Notes under the pieces: model-generated
What the model saw: only the letters and a program-made list of their open reading frames with translations
Told to the model about the DNA's origin: nothing
The model's database searches: none
Source of the DNA: Mobula hypostoma
Taxonomy: Eukaryota
Length of the DNA: 64,000 bases
Direction: 5' to 3'
NCBI RefSeq assembly: GCF_963921235.1
Contig: NC_086108.1
Coordinates: forward strand, 52,888,001 to 52,952,000
Position numbers and translations under genes: made by a program
Shown: one piece after another, positions 26,281 through 39,320 of the stretch
Layout: every line of letters begins with the position of its first letter
Position numbering within the stretch: the stretch's first letter is position 1

Positions 26281-28521
26281 AAAATGGAGTCAGCAGCTCC
26301 ACTAGCTACCACGCCACTGTGCTGCCAATCTGTGAAAATCTTCATCATGATTATCTTTCTGTTGATCCTTAGTGCCTGGAAAGTTTGCCCTTCTTATGTA
26401 CCCTGAAGGACCCAGTGGTTAGCCTGTCATGAGGGGAAGAACTAGGGTGGGTATGTGAATGTAGGAGATGCATATTTAGAATTAACTATAGTCTGTAACT
26501 TTCAGAACATTGCCTCATGAGATGGAAGTAAGATGTCAGGCACAAGATCAGTTTTGGGAATGTGATAGTTTTTGTTTATTCGGACCCTTTGCTGCCACAA
26601 CCTTATAGAAGCATCTAGCACTGTGATCTTGATTTAGATTACAACATACAGCTACAGTGGTCTCTCCTGACCTTGATAGTGCTCAATTGCTCCTGCCAAA
26701 GAGGGATGTATATCAATGAAATTCAGGCGTATTTTTGGGTGCAGGATCTCAAGGTTGAAGAACTGGCAATCTGTGCAAACTGTGAGCCTTCAATATGAGA
26801 TTTTTTAGTGCGCAAGATGAAGTAAGGTATGTCCTTTATGATTAAGGCTGTTGGTAAGTAAATGAACTTAGCAGTGTACAGAGCCGGTGCTGCAGTTGGT
26901 CTAAAATACAGAATTTTAAGCTGTGTCCACTAATCATGATCTCTCGTGTTAATTTCTTGCAACACTGGTTCTGTGCTGTACTGATCTCAACTGATAACTG
27001 CTCCCACTGTAGTGGTCTGGCGGCCATCCTAACTCCCTATGGTTTCATCTCTTTTCCATCCAATTGCGTAGTACTTTGTTCAAAACACTATAGCCTGGTC
27101 TCTCCTATCCTATGCCATGCCATTCTTCACTATTTCCCAGGCTAGATCAATTAGCTATTCCTATTTTAACTGGTGTTAATAAGGTTTCTTACTGGACCCC
27201 CAGCAGGCATGCTGGTAAAGCAGCGAAGCCATTGTATTGAGGAGGCAGCACTGGACTTTGTAAGCAGCTTGTAATGCAATCAGTTGGTGCACATTAATAC
27301 ATATTACTATCCCTGCACCCATGTTTTGGAGTAACCAACGTAAACCTCCTCATGTTTGTTTCAGGGGAGGAATTCAGGAGCTTCTATGTTTGCTTCACCA
27401 TTATGATGGATGGTGCACATTACGAACACATATGAGATATACTATGTACAGGATTGTCTGTTTTGTGCATCATTGAATCTCTATGCACAAAATATTCAAA
27501 TTAAGTAAGAAAGAGAATCACGGAATCTACACATTATATATAAACTATTTCTTGCTGGCAAAAAAAACAAAGATCATACCTTTCTGGATAGGAGAGCAGT
27601 TTTAAATGAATCAATTTTTCAAGGTGGTTTCTTTCATCTTACAGCCCTTCTCATCTTGTTTTGTATCATTATTGCTCCAACTCTTTTGTATTCTGCCCAT
27701 CTTTCTCTGGTTGTCATTATTCAGTGCCCATCAACAGATAAGATATATTTGGGAAAAACCTATCAGGTAGGCTGGACACCGGATAATTGAGGTGATGACT
27801 AGTGCGAGCAAAAGACAATTGATACTGATAGTGTCAGAGGGTATATCTAAAAGGATCTGTACCCTCCATCTCCTTTGCCCTTTTTTTTCTCATAATGGTA
27901 GAATATGGAATAACTTGGACATATCTGATATATGTCAAGTCCTGAGACAAATATACATAGCAGTTCCTGAGAGAGAGAAAAAAAACTGCGGCAATAGAGA
28001 TAGCTGTTTCTATTCATTTACATTTCAATAGGTTACAGAACACACGTTAAAGTGATGACCTGAATTTAAATATTTTAAATGGAGTCAACTATCATTAAAA
28101 AAAAAGGTGGTTTCGAAAACCTTTCATTCCGTATATCATTTTCAATTGTGCAAATAGTATGATATGTTTTAATTTATCTATAATACCACTAACAAAAGCT
28201 TTGCTGATTTTTAAAGAATGTAGCCCTTTTGTAATCATAATTTACTGGAAATGAATCTCTAAAATTATTTTTTTTCTACATAAACTGCCCCTATTTACTT
28301 TCTCTGCTCCAAGTGTCCTAAGTTTTCCTCAGTTAGAAAGATACAACGGACTGACATAGAGAAAATTAATTGAAATATTACAAAAATGTTACTTTTCTTT
28401 GTCTTTCTCTCATGGTCATGGTGTGCAGCCACATAACTCCAAAAGGAAGGAAAAGTAGGAGGGTTTGATTTCTAGGTTCTTGAATTTCTAAATAAAGCTC
28501 AATGTTTTGCTCTCTTTTCTC

Positions 28522-28660
28522 CATCCTCATGAACGGTCTCGGCCTGAACCATCGACTGTTTACTCTTTTCCATAGATGCTGCCTGACCTGCTGAGTTCCT
28601 CCAGCATTCTGTGTGTTTTGCTTTGGACTTCCATCATCTGCAGATTTTCTTATGTTTGTA
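28522..28660 (+). mobile_element. Short PLE terminal fragment starting at a decayed hammerhead
   Basis: cctcatgaacggtctcggcctgaaccatcgactg...tagatgctgcctgacctgctgagttcctccagca...catctgcagattttct. Confidence 0.85.
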
Positions 28661-29573
28661 ATTTTTTAAAATTCTTTACAGGATCTTCTCTCTCAAAGAT
28701 TCTGACTATTACTAGGATACTGCACTACAAAGAGTAGGTACTCGGACAATTAACCATGTAGTGAATTTACATGTATGACTCTAGACAGCGGAGACAGGAT
28801 TTTCAACTTGCATAGCCGCTCACTGATGACACCAGAATGTTGAAGTAAGGGACTTCAATGAACAGTAATGCATGATTTTTAGACTCCTTACTTAAAGAAG
28901 TTTTAATCATTTTAATGTTTTCAGCATTTCTTTTAAAGGGTCCCATATGATATTGACTGTTTATGAATATCAAAGACCTTCACAAAGTTTCAATAACACT
29001 GACATCTTTGGCAATGGTTCGCTTGAGTGCAGTACCTCAATGCCTGTCAAAGCCATTTTGTTACTGCAACAAGTCATTTATGCTGAGAGTTTCAGCCCTG
29101 AACTGTGCCTCTTTGGACCACTGTGCTCTGGACCACGCTGAAGGAAAGGATGTGGTCCACAGGTAGGCAACCAGTGATCTTCAAGTGGTGAAAGATCTGT
29201 TTCAATAAATGTCAATGTTCAAATTGTCTTGTTATATATCAAAGACTTAGAAATGCAGCAACCTTTCCTCCTCACTGCTCACAAGGATAATTGAGGTTGA
29301 ACCTTGGACGAGTGGAAGTGGCTCTATGAAACACAACTTCCTGATATTGTTTATGCTTTCACCTTTGCCTTTCAGATTCTGCCAGTGATCGTACTGCTGC
29401 TTGTCAGGTTCCCAGCGCAAACTGCTGATGCTTATTTTGTGAAGATTCAGTCTGCTCCCAGGCTTTCTCAACACAAGTTTTCCAGGTCAACTGTACTTCC
29501 TTCCACCAATGAAGCCACAGTCAATAGGCAGAATTGAACAGGAGTATTAGGAAGTTTCTCTAGGAGGAGGTAC

Positions 29574-29609
29574 AGTCGACGTTTCGGGCCGAGACCCTTC
29601 GTCAGGACT
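29574..29609 (-). ncRNA. Minimal type-I hammerhead ribozyme motif (intact core)
   Basis: Minus: AGUC-CUGACGA-A-GGGUCUCGGCCC-GAAAC-GUC-GACU; stem I AGUC/GACU, stem II GGGU/GCCC, palindromic ACGU stem III. Confidence 0.85.
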
Positions 29610-29965
29610 AACTGCAAGAAGAGCTAGTAAGAGATTTGAAAGTGGGAGAGGGAGGGGAGATCCAAAATGATAGGAGAAGACAGGAGGAGGAGGGATGGAG
29701 CCAACAGCTGGACAGGTGATTGGCAAAAGGGATATGAGAGGATCACGGGACAGGAGGCCCAGGGAGAAAGAAAAGGCGGGTGGGGGAACCCAGAGGATGG
29801 GCAAGGGGTATAGTCAGAGGGACAGAGGGAAAAAAAGGAGAGAGAGAGAAAGAATGTCCCTGGATCCTCACGTATCCCTTTTGCCAATCAACTGTCCAGC
29901 TCTTGGCTCCATCCCTCCCCCTCCCCCTCCCACTTTCAAATCTCTTACTAGCTCTTCTTTCAGTT

Positions 29966-30001
29966 AGTCCTGACGAAGGGTCTTGGCCCGAAACGTCGAC
30001 T
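29966..30001 (+). ncRNA. Minimal type-I hammerhead ribozyme motif (intact core)
   Basis: AGTC(29966-69) CTGACGA(29970-76) A GGGTCTTGGCCC(29978-89) GAAAC GTC(29995-97) GACT; predicted cleavage after C29997. Confidence 0.85.
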
Positions 30002-30232
30002 GTACCTCTTCCTAGAGATGCTGCCTGGCCTACTGCATTCACCAGCAACTTTGATGTGTGTTGCTTGAATTTCCAGCATCTGCAGAATTCCTCGTGTTTG
30101 CGTATTAGGAAGTTTGTGCATTTAGATGGCAGGAACTGAGGGAGTGCCTGTGCTCTTACTCCTCAGCTTATTGGTATATAGTTGGGGAGAAAGTTCCTAT
30201 TCATGATGTCAAGTCTTCCCAGCATACATAAC

Positions 30233-30312
30233 TAGAGGTTCCCGACGTTTTTTATGCCATGGTCCCCTACCATTAACCGAGAGATCCGTGGACCTCAGGA
30301 TGGGAACCCCAG
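30233..30312. mobile_element. About 80-bp MITE, hAT/Charlie-like
   Basis: Imperfect TIRs tagaggttcccgac / gatgggaaccccag resembling CAGGGGTTCCCAAC; 8-bp TSD is degraded. Confidence 0.55.
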
Positions 30313-30387
30313 TGTTAAACCGTCGCAGATCTCAACTCCATTTTGCTGGGTGCCTCTGGGCTTTTCCAAAGCAGGCCAGGCAGGCAA

Positions 30388-30537
30388 GAGCAAACAAGAG
30401 AAAATCTGCAGGTGCTGGAAATCTAAGCAACACACACTGAAGTCCTGCTGAAGGGTCTCAGCCCAAAACGGCGGCAGTACTCTTTTCTATAGATGCTGCC
30501 TGGCCTGCTGAGTTCCTCCAGCATTTTGTGTGTGTTG
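30388..30537. mobile_element. Short PLE terminal fragment with inversion
   Basis: Minus-sense terminus (aaacaagagaaaatctgcaggtgctggaaatct) joined to plus-sense agtcctgctgaagggtctcagcccaaaacg...; gcaggca on both flanks. Confidence 0.85.
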
Positions 30538-32499
30538 CAGGCAGACAATATATTACTTCAGTATACCGAGTCTTGATCAGAATGCTTGCTTTGCGTTTGT
30601 ATATGAGCCACATTATGCTTGGTGTCCAACAAATCATACAGAGGTGGAAAACTTATAATACAGGTACAGCTAATGACATAGCCTATCATGTCTGTACCAG
30701 TAAGGAAAATCCTACCTTCCAGCTCTACAGGCCACAGGTCCTGTGGATCTCACTCTTCCTTTAGCTTGTCTTGTTCTTCCACCCTCTGTTTTTTGACTAG
30801 CAACATTGTATTCCAATTCTAAGCACCTTTGTCTGGAAACAACACGTTTGGGAAGACACCTTGAAGTCAAAAGCATTGCATCTTGATATTATGGAAAACA
30901 TGTTAAAATTGCTTATAGACAAAACAAACAAACAATTAATCTATATGTAGTTGATAATCCCTATAAATAGTGATGTTTCATTTCTTAGGCCACACACACC
31001 AAACAGGCAGCATTAGTGTCGAATCAGCATTCCTTGCTAATTAACAACTTGATCTGCTGCTCTAAAACATCTGTTAATGAGCTGTGAATCTCTTCACCAA
31101 CACAGCATTGTACAATTCAACAGAGTGGGCATGTAACATTCTCTAATGTGTCTAACCCAATTTCATGCTATTGATCTTTGACATTTGCAAATGGATAACT
31201 TTGATCTATTTTAATATCACTAAAAATGGCCCAAACTCAATAGAGCATGCAAGCAGAAAGGTGTGTTTTGTGCATAATGCTTAACTTGAACATGGGGTTA
31301 GGAGTTGCATAATTACTGTACTTCAATGTAGTTTGGAAAACTGTAGACATATCAATCTGTTCCCTTGCTTTTCCAGATTTTCTCTTTCCTATTCATTAGA
31401 CTCAATCTAAAAATGCCTGCTAGTAATGCAACAGCCAAATCTTGAAATACTCTTTGTTTTGAGATTGCTCCATACATTTCTCCAGCTTGTTTGACCACTG
31501 GAATGAAGAACCACAATTGACGTAAATTCCAGTCCCAGAATATGTGGAACCTGAATATTCAGGCTCTATGCCTTTAACTTCCAAAGAGAAGACATTTATC
31601 CGTAGCAGTAGCATGAAGCATAAGTCATTGTATTAATCATCTTGAAATGGAATTGAGGATGAATTTATATCTCCTTGTTGGTTTCACTAATTAATATTAT
31701 TATAAGATGATTTCCAATTTATGCTGTTTCTACTTTCAAATTAACTGGAAATATGAATATAAATGTTATAGAAAGCCACCTGCAATCTAATTTCTATCAA
31801 CCATTTTTTATTGATTATGATATAATATTAAACAGTTTAATAACTTTTTAAACTATCTTCTACCCTCTCCAAAGTATTGACTATTATTTTCATTAAATGC
31901 AAACTTTCCTCTGTCGGTTGTTTAATGGTCATTCTTGTATGTAAATCAGAAATGTTAAGAGTTGCTGGGTTGTATGTGCCAGATGGAAATTACAAGTAAG
32001 TCTTAATTTAAAATGACCCATGTCATTAAAGACAACTTTTCCAACTGGGATCACTCAGTAATGATTAAAAGCTGGAATTTGATTAATATTTGAGATTATT
32101 GTCAATTAGTAAATTACTTCTTGATAGTTATTACTATCTTTAAACCTACTGACCTTTGTTTTCATTTATAAAGTGTCACATCAGCAAGGTGCCAGAGCTG
32201 TGTTTCCAATTGTGAATGATACCTCTGCAAAATTAATGAATGCTGAAAGTAAGAGATAAATTTGGTAAAGTCAATGGAAATGAAATTTGGGACATGTGAA
32301 AGAATTGTGACTGATTTAATATTGCCCATTTCACACTGCTAAACAAAGTCAACCATTGCCCCCATTGTAATTTGATGAGATCCTTCAAAAGGGATTATCA
32401 AATTCACCTCAGTACCTTTTTCCCAATCTGTGATATTTTATATTCTACTGAGTACAGTTTTAGGCTCCCTATCTAAACAAGGATGTACTTGCCAGAGAG

Positions 32500-33040
32500 A
32501 TGGACACAGCAGGTAGTGCTGCTGGCTATGGCTCCAGAAACATACATTTGATCATGATCTCCATACCTGAGTTTGTAGATTGTCCTTGTGACTGTGGCAA
32601 ACATTCCAAAGGAATGCTGGTTGGTAGGTAAATTGCCCGCTGTCAAACTACTCCTAACCTAAGTTAGTGGTGGGAGAATTGGTGTAGTAGAACAGAGAAT
32701 ATGTTGTATGTGAATAACTAGGCAAATGGGATTAATGGTTTTGCTATGAGTACAAGTGGTGGCATAGTGGCATCAGTGCTGGACTTCGGAGCGAAGGCTC
32801 CCGAGTTCAGACCCAGCCGGCTCCCCAGGCACACTTTCCATCCGTGCTGGGTTGAGTGTTAAGCTAGCAACTTGACCGCGTAAAAAAAAAATGCCTGCTA
32901 TAGAAACATCAACAGTGAAAAGTTGATGGCCTATGCTCTCTCGTGAGCTTAAGAGGCAATTTCCTTTCCGCTTTTATGAGCACAAGCTTCATTTGATGAG
33001 CCAAATAGCCTCCTCTATGTTGCGGGAAAATATGAGAATT
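32500..33040 (+). mobile_element. Old V-SINE-like element hosting a younger SINE
   Basis: Decayed head (gacacagcaggtagtgct), gagtttgtagattgtcc..cattccaaag; tail resumes after the nested SINE (gatgagccaaatagcctcctct). Confidence 0.6.
32757..32974 (+). mobile_element. tRNA-derived SINE with RTE-like body and tail, 12-bp TSD
   Basis: TSD tatgagtacaag (32745-32756) / tatgagcacaag (32975-32986); A box tggcatagtgg, B box gagttcagacc. Confidence 0.85.
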
Positions 33041-36000
33041 AAAAATTCATACAGGTGGGGTGCAAAGAGTATGTTTCTCCAAGTTGAGGAGTTTAGAACC
33101 AGGGGAAACAGTTTCAAAATAAGGGGTAAGCCATTTAGGACTAAGATTAAGAGAAGATTGGGATAGGAATAGTGAAGAGGAATGGTGCTGAAATAGAAAA
33201 TCAGCCACGATTAGGAAAGCAGGCTCAATGGGAGTATCAAAATGATTCACTTCTACTTATGTTCATATTCTAAAATTTTTAACCAAATTTTTATTAGAAA
33301 ATGACACCAGTACAGTACGCGTAGGTTACATATACTTTGGGTTTTAACAAGGAAAGTAAGTGAATGACCAAAGATTATGGAGTAAGGTCAGAAAATATAG
33401 AAGGATATATGAATTAAGTCAGGAATTAGTTCTTCACTGCCATTAAATTTGAACTTTGAAAGCATACAGATTATAAGAGGCAGTGAAGTCTGAGGGAATT
33501 AGAAGATTCACAGTTTGAAATCATAATAATAATCTATTACTGATTTAATCTATTATTTTAAGAGGTACCTAGAATTATTTTTAGACAGAGATGGAAGTAT
33601 AATAAAATGGGATCCACAAAATAGGTAGGGTAAAGCCAGCTTTGTAAAAAACAACTTTTTCTTACTTTTAAATATTATAGAGTTTATTAATTTGAATTGC
33701 ATTTGTTCACTTGGTCTTTACATTAACAATATCATATTATATTGGAAGATAAACCTAAACTCAGAACTTCTCAGCTGCAAACAAGAACTAATAGATTTAA
33801 CTTCAATTAAATGCATTCAGTCTTGAATTTTCTGAAATCCATTACATCTGTGGATCTGCAGCCGTAAATAAATAAAAGTCAGCTCGACTGTGAAGAGCTT
33901 TCCGCTATACGTTTTTGAATGCACTTTAATTTTTTCCTCATAAAGTATAACCAAGTGTTGGAGTGAATTTGAAGGTCTAGTTCATTGTAGTGATTGGAAT
34001 TCTTACATTAATCAAAAACAAAAGATGAGAAAAAGGGGAACGTGAAGACAGAAGTCCCCTTTGCTAACTGTGGTTACACTAATCTAAACTTCCTGAAGTT
34101 ACTTTGAGTTCTAAGGATGGGTAATCTGGAAGCTGTCTGAGTGTTAATCTGTAGGAAACTGTCTGGAGAGTTCAGGCTCCTCTGTCTTTGCCGGGGCATT
34201 GCTCAGGAGATTCTAGTCTTAATCCAATTTACTCAGCTGTATCAGTATCACTGCTGCAGCCTGTCACAAAATTAAAACCTTTGCTTCATAAAAACACTTC
34301 AAATTTAGAACTTATCAGCCAAGCAGGGAGCCTTGAAAGTTCATTTAGTCTGGGTAACTTCTCAATTATCTTCTCAGCACAGTAGATGTGTAAAACTGCA
34401 GAAATCAATAAGATTCTATTCTCCTTATATTGGAAAGGGAGAAATTAATGAGATAGGACATTCTCTTAATCAGAAATAAATGTTTTAATTCAGGTAATGA
34501 CATAGTTTTCTCTTGCAGAAGGATGACAAATAAGATGCTGCACCCCCAGAAGAGGCAGTTTCAATTTTATTGTAAATATAAAAGGTATTGATTCGAGAGA
34601 TGTACAAACCCTATTGCTTACAAAAGCCATTCAGAGGGACTGGGAAAACTATTAACCATTGGGTCAGAAATCAATAAACAACACTGAAATGTATCAGAGG
34701 TCGCCCTTTACAACACCTTGGAAAGCAAAATGGCAGAGCTTGTGACAGAACTGTCTCTTGTGAGGCAATGTTAGGGATGAGGAGGTCAGACATTTAATCT
34801 CATCTGCGGTTTGACAGGTGCTTTGACAGTCCGAATGTAGTTCCTGTGAAACTCCAATTATTAAAGACACTGATTCTCTGTGTTAGACTCAGATATGGTT
34901 TCTGTTCTGATGAGAGACACAAAAAGACTTAGTGCTGATTGCTTTGTGAAATTAGCATTAGAGAACAATTATGTTCAATAAATGCACAATTAGTATCGAA
35001 ATGAAAATGAGTGTCTTTTAAAGTTACACTTGTTGCAATAATGCAACTTGAACGAAAAATGTCATTGAACATGAATTTTGTGTTAATCAAGATGATGATC
35101 GTTAGTGTTGAAGAAGAGTGCATCACTAGTGTTAACATTAAGCCTTCCCAATAAAAGCACAGGATTAGATACAGAATAAAATTCTTTCTACCTTAAAACA
35201 CCTGTAATAACAAATTGTTTTATAACTTTCCAACCAATTTCTTTTCCAGGTAGTTTATTTTGCACCAGTGCTATCAACTAAGTTCAATGATATCAAATTC
35301 ATAAATTACTAGGCTTAGGTTAAGGGAATGACAGATTTCGAGGTTTTTTTTTCAAGAACTGTGATTATTTCAGGCCTGAAAATTAGCATACTGAATGAAA
35401 TTTGCATGATGGAATAAAATGCACATGTTCCACAAACAGCAGTTTATAAGGTGACTAAATTTAGTTCCAAAGTATTCTCTTTGAATTAGAACATTTTCGG
35501 ATGATTTCGGTTTTAACTAATCTATATATTGTGACTGAAATCCACAGGATGCTGTGAGATATACTGTATTGGAACAATTACCTCTGTAGCAAGTGCTTTC
35601 CCAAATACGATTACAGGATTATAGAACTCTTTCTTCTTGTAATTTATTTCAGAATAAACTGCAGAGGACCTTGGACTACAGATAATAGATTTAGATGGCA
35701 GCCAAAATACATAATGCCATCAAACAGGAAAAGAAAATTGTTAGCTTTACATTCAAAAAGATTGCATTTCAAAGTAAAAGAACTTCAACAATAGCTTAAT
35801 TTGACTACATTTTAACTACTGTCATCAGATTTAGGAACTCATTCTAAGAATGATGTGCAAAAGTGGAAATAATAGACATAATTTTATTGTAATAATAGTA
35901 GGCATTGAGGAAAAATGAGAGTTAGAACAGCTCTACTTATGAAAATAGGTAGTAGGAGCAGAAGAAGGCCATTTAGCCCTCAGATCTGCTCTGCTGTTCT

Positions 36001-36054
36001 ATGAAATATCATTTTTCTGCTCAACCCCCCCCCATTTCCACGAATTCCCAAGAT

Positions 36055-36275
36055 ATTTTATTTTATTGACATACAGCACAGCGTAGGCTCTTCCTGCCCT
36101 TCAACCTGTGCTGCCCAGCAATCACCCAGTTTAATCCTAGCTCAATCACGGGACAATTTACAATGATCAATCAGTATGTCTTCGGACTGTGGGAGGAAAC
36201 CGGAGCACCCAGAGGAAACCCACGCAGTCACAGAGAGAATGTACAAGTTCCTTACAGGCAGTGGCGGGAACCCAG
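36055..36275 (-). mobile_element. V-SINE within a decayed minus-strand CR1 (about 35945-37230)
   Basis: tgtgggaggaaaccggagcacccagaggaaacccacgcagtcac is the reverse complement of the V-domain. Confidence 0.88.
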
Positions 36276-36544
36276 TAACCTATCCCAGTTTGAATGTAAT
36301 CAATGACACCATAGGCCACCAGGGATTCACAGCCTCTGAGTGAAAAGAAATTTCTCCAGTTAAACTATAAAAGGTCTACCCCTTCTTGTGAGACTGTGTT
36401 TCTTAGTTTGTACTCCTTCAAAATGGATAACATCCTCCCTGCACCTTCTTCGTTGAGACCTCCGAGTATTTTGGATGTCTCAGTGAAGTCACTCATTCTG
36501 CTAAACTCTGCAGGATGGAGGCCTGGCCTACCTAATCTCTCCCC

Positions 36545-37017
36545 GCTGCACAGGATCGAAAGAAGCTGCAGAAAGTTGGAAAATCAGTCAGCTCCATCAC
36601 AGGTACCAGCCTCCATAGTATCCAAGACATCTTCAAGGAATGGTGCCTCAGAAAGGTGGCGTCCATTATTAAGGACTCCCCATCACCCAGGACATGCCCT
36701 CTTCCTGTTGTCCCATTGTTACTATCAGGAAGGTGGTACAGAAGCCTATAGGCACACACTCAGTGATTCAGGAACAGCTTCTTTCTCTCTGTCATCAGAT
36801 TTCCTAATGAACATTGAACCCATGAACACTACCTCACTTTTTAAATTACTTCTGTTTTTGTTCTAATATTTTTAAATTTAACTATTTAATATACTTATAT
36901 GTATTTACTGTAATTTATTTATTTTCTATATTTATTAGGTATTGCAATGTGCAGCTGCCACTAAGTGAACAAATTTCATGATATATGCTGGTGATATTAA
37001 ACCTGATTCTGATTCTG
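36545..37017 (+). mobile_element. Rex1/Babar 3' fragment
   Basis: caggatcgaaagaagctgcag..., PHHPGHALF; tail gatattaaacctgattctgattctg. Confidence 0.88.
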
Positions 37018-37869
37018 TATAAGACATCTTAGCACTTGTCTTCTAAGGACAAAACACCGTGGACTTCGCTACATTCTTGTTGCTCGTCCATACTAGCTTT
37101 CAAAGACTTTTGTACAAGGGCTGCCGGAGTCCTTTGAACAAAATTTTCCAATAGTGCATTATTTAAAAAATACTCAACATTTCTGTTTTTACTTCCAATG
37201 TGGATCATTTTGTTAATCATTTTATATGTAGACACAATTTATTTTGTAATGATACATCTTTTTCTCATGGAACAAAGTAAGAATGGATTCTGAAAATATG
37301 CAAGCAGAGATCACAGTAACAGCAAATAAATTATTTATTTATACAAAATACAGGTTGACCATTAATGAGCCAGATTTTATTAACAGTGGTAAACTGCTCT
37401 CTTGCTGACATCAAAGAAAGTTGTCACAGATATCCAGCAAATTCTGTGACATGTACTTCATTCCTCCTGATAATTTTAATCTGGCTTCAGTTACAGGGAT
37501 CTCTGGTTCCAATCAACAATGGCGCCATTAAGTAAGTACCCAGACAGTCATGTTGGCAACTTCTTTTTCAGAGAGTAAAACAAAAAGTCCCTATTTCTAA
37601 CTAATATTTTAAGATCATGCCCCAACAAAATAAATACCAGGATATTCAAATAAAATTTAAAAAGTGGTGAACTGAAATTGATAAATCAGTTTATTATTGT
37701 CATACATACAGTGAAAAATTTACCTTGCATACTGTTCATATTGATTAATTCACTTCAAGAGTACATTGAGGTAATACAAGGTAAAATAATAACAGTGCTG
37801 AATTATGTGTTATGTTTACCGAGGAAGCGCAGTGCTGGTAGACAATGAGGTACAAGGTAGATTATCTAT

Positions 37870-38520
37870 TATAAGAGGTAGATCAAATAGTCGTAGATAG
37901 AGTGAACTGCCAGCAGTTTATTTTTCCCAGAACAGCAATGGCTAATACCAGAGGTCTTCCTTTTAAGGAGAGTGGAGGAAAGTTGAGGGGAGATGTCAGA
38001 GATAGGCTTGTTACACAAAGTAGTAAATGGCCGGAATGCAGTGTCTGGTGTGGCAGAGGGTGATACAGAGGGAAGTTTAAGAGACTCTGAAATAGGCACA
38101 TAGATGAAAAAAAGTGAAGGGTTGTGGGTGGTACAGTAGTATAGTGGTTAGTGTAACACCATTACAGCACCAGTGATAACCAGCTGGGGTGCAACTCCCA
38201 ACTGTAAGGAGTTTGCACTTTGATATGTTCTCCCCATTACTGTGTAGGTTTTTTCTGGGGGCTCTGGTTGCCTCCCACATCCTAAAGACACATGGTTAAA
38301 GTTCATGAGTAGTGAACATGCTATATTGGCACCAGATACTTGTGGGCCGCAAACGACGCATTTCACTATATGTTTGATGTACATGTGACAAATATAAAGG
38401 TAATTTTTAATTTTTATGTTGGTGGGAAGGGTTAGATTGATCATAAAGTAAGTTAAAAGGCTGGCATAACATCATGGGTTGAAGAGCCCGTTCTTTGCTG
38501 TACTGTTCGATGTTCTAGAT
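37870..38520 (+). mobile_element. CR1 3' tail interrupted by a V-SINE (about 38125-38415)
   Basis: CR1 tail gctaataccagagg...ggagatgtcaga...tgtactgttcgatgttcta; SINE has A box tagtatagtgg and V-domain gtgtaggttttttctgggggctctggttgcctcccacatcctaaagac. Confidence 0.8.
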
Positions 38521-38534
38521 TGTGAGATCAAGAA

Positions 38535-39320
38535 TCTATCTTATCACAGTAGGGAACTGTAGTTTGATAATGGTGGGATAGAAACCGTCCTTGAACTCGG
38601 TGGTATATGTACCCGATAAAGAGAATCTATGGAGGGTAGGTTGATCTCCATGATGTGCGGTGATGTGTTCACAACTCTCTGCAGTTTTTTCTGGTCATGG
38701 ATAAAGCAGTTGCCATGATAAGCCATGGTGCAACTAGGTATGATGCTTTCTATGATGCATTGATAAAAACTGGTGAGGGTCAGGGAACATGCCTAATTTA
38801 TTTAGCCTCCTAAGGAAGCAGAGACACTGACTGGCCGTAAGATCAGCTTGGTGGACCAGACAGGATGTTGGTGATGTCCACTCCTAGGAACTTGAAGCTC
38901 TCAACTGTCTTGGCCTTAGCCCCATTGATGTAAACAGGAGCATGTGCACTGTCCCCGCTTCCTGAAGTCAGTGATGAGCTCCTTGTTTTGCTGACATTGA
39001 AGGAAAGTTTGTTGTCATGACATCATGTCATTAGGTTCTCTCTCTCTCTCTCTCCCCCCCCCCGCCCCCCGCTCTCCTGTACTCAGGCTCACCATTATTT
39101 AGGATACAGCCCATTATGATGGTATCATCTGCAAACTTCTAGGTGGGGCTAGAGCAGAATCTGACGTACAGTTGTGAGTTTATAGAGTAGCGCAGAGGAG
39201 GTGGGCTTGTGTGGCACCACTGCTGAGGATACCCATGGAAGGGGCGTTGCTGCCTATCCTTACTGATTGCAGTCCATTCATCAGGAAGTCCAGGATTCAG
39301 TTGCAAAGGGAGGTGATGAG
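38535..39320 (-). mobile_element. Decayed Rex1/Babar fragment containing a (TC)n/poly-C microsatellite (about 39037-39075)
   Basis: Minus ORF MAYHGNCFIHDQKKLQRVV; gtatcatctgcaaactt = KFADDT antisense. Confidence 0.85.

Larger units (their letters stand above)
29558..30101. mobile_element. 544-bp fold-back Penelope-like insertion (two inverted pLTR pieces) with 14-bp TSD
   Basis: TSD gtattaggaagttt at 29544-29557 and 30102-30115; arm about 29558-29751 is the reverse complement of about 29855-30017 (right arm has a roughly 30-bp deletion). Confidence 0.95.

Noticed and set aside
31550..31563. 14-bp palindrome cctgaatattcagg
   Set aside because: Expected by chance in 64 kb; no associated structure.
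32757..32830. tRNA gene
   Set aside because: A and B boxes are present, but the head continues into a SINE body bounded by a TSD and I see no complete cloverleaf.
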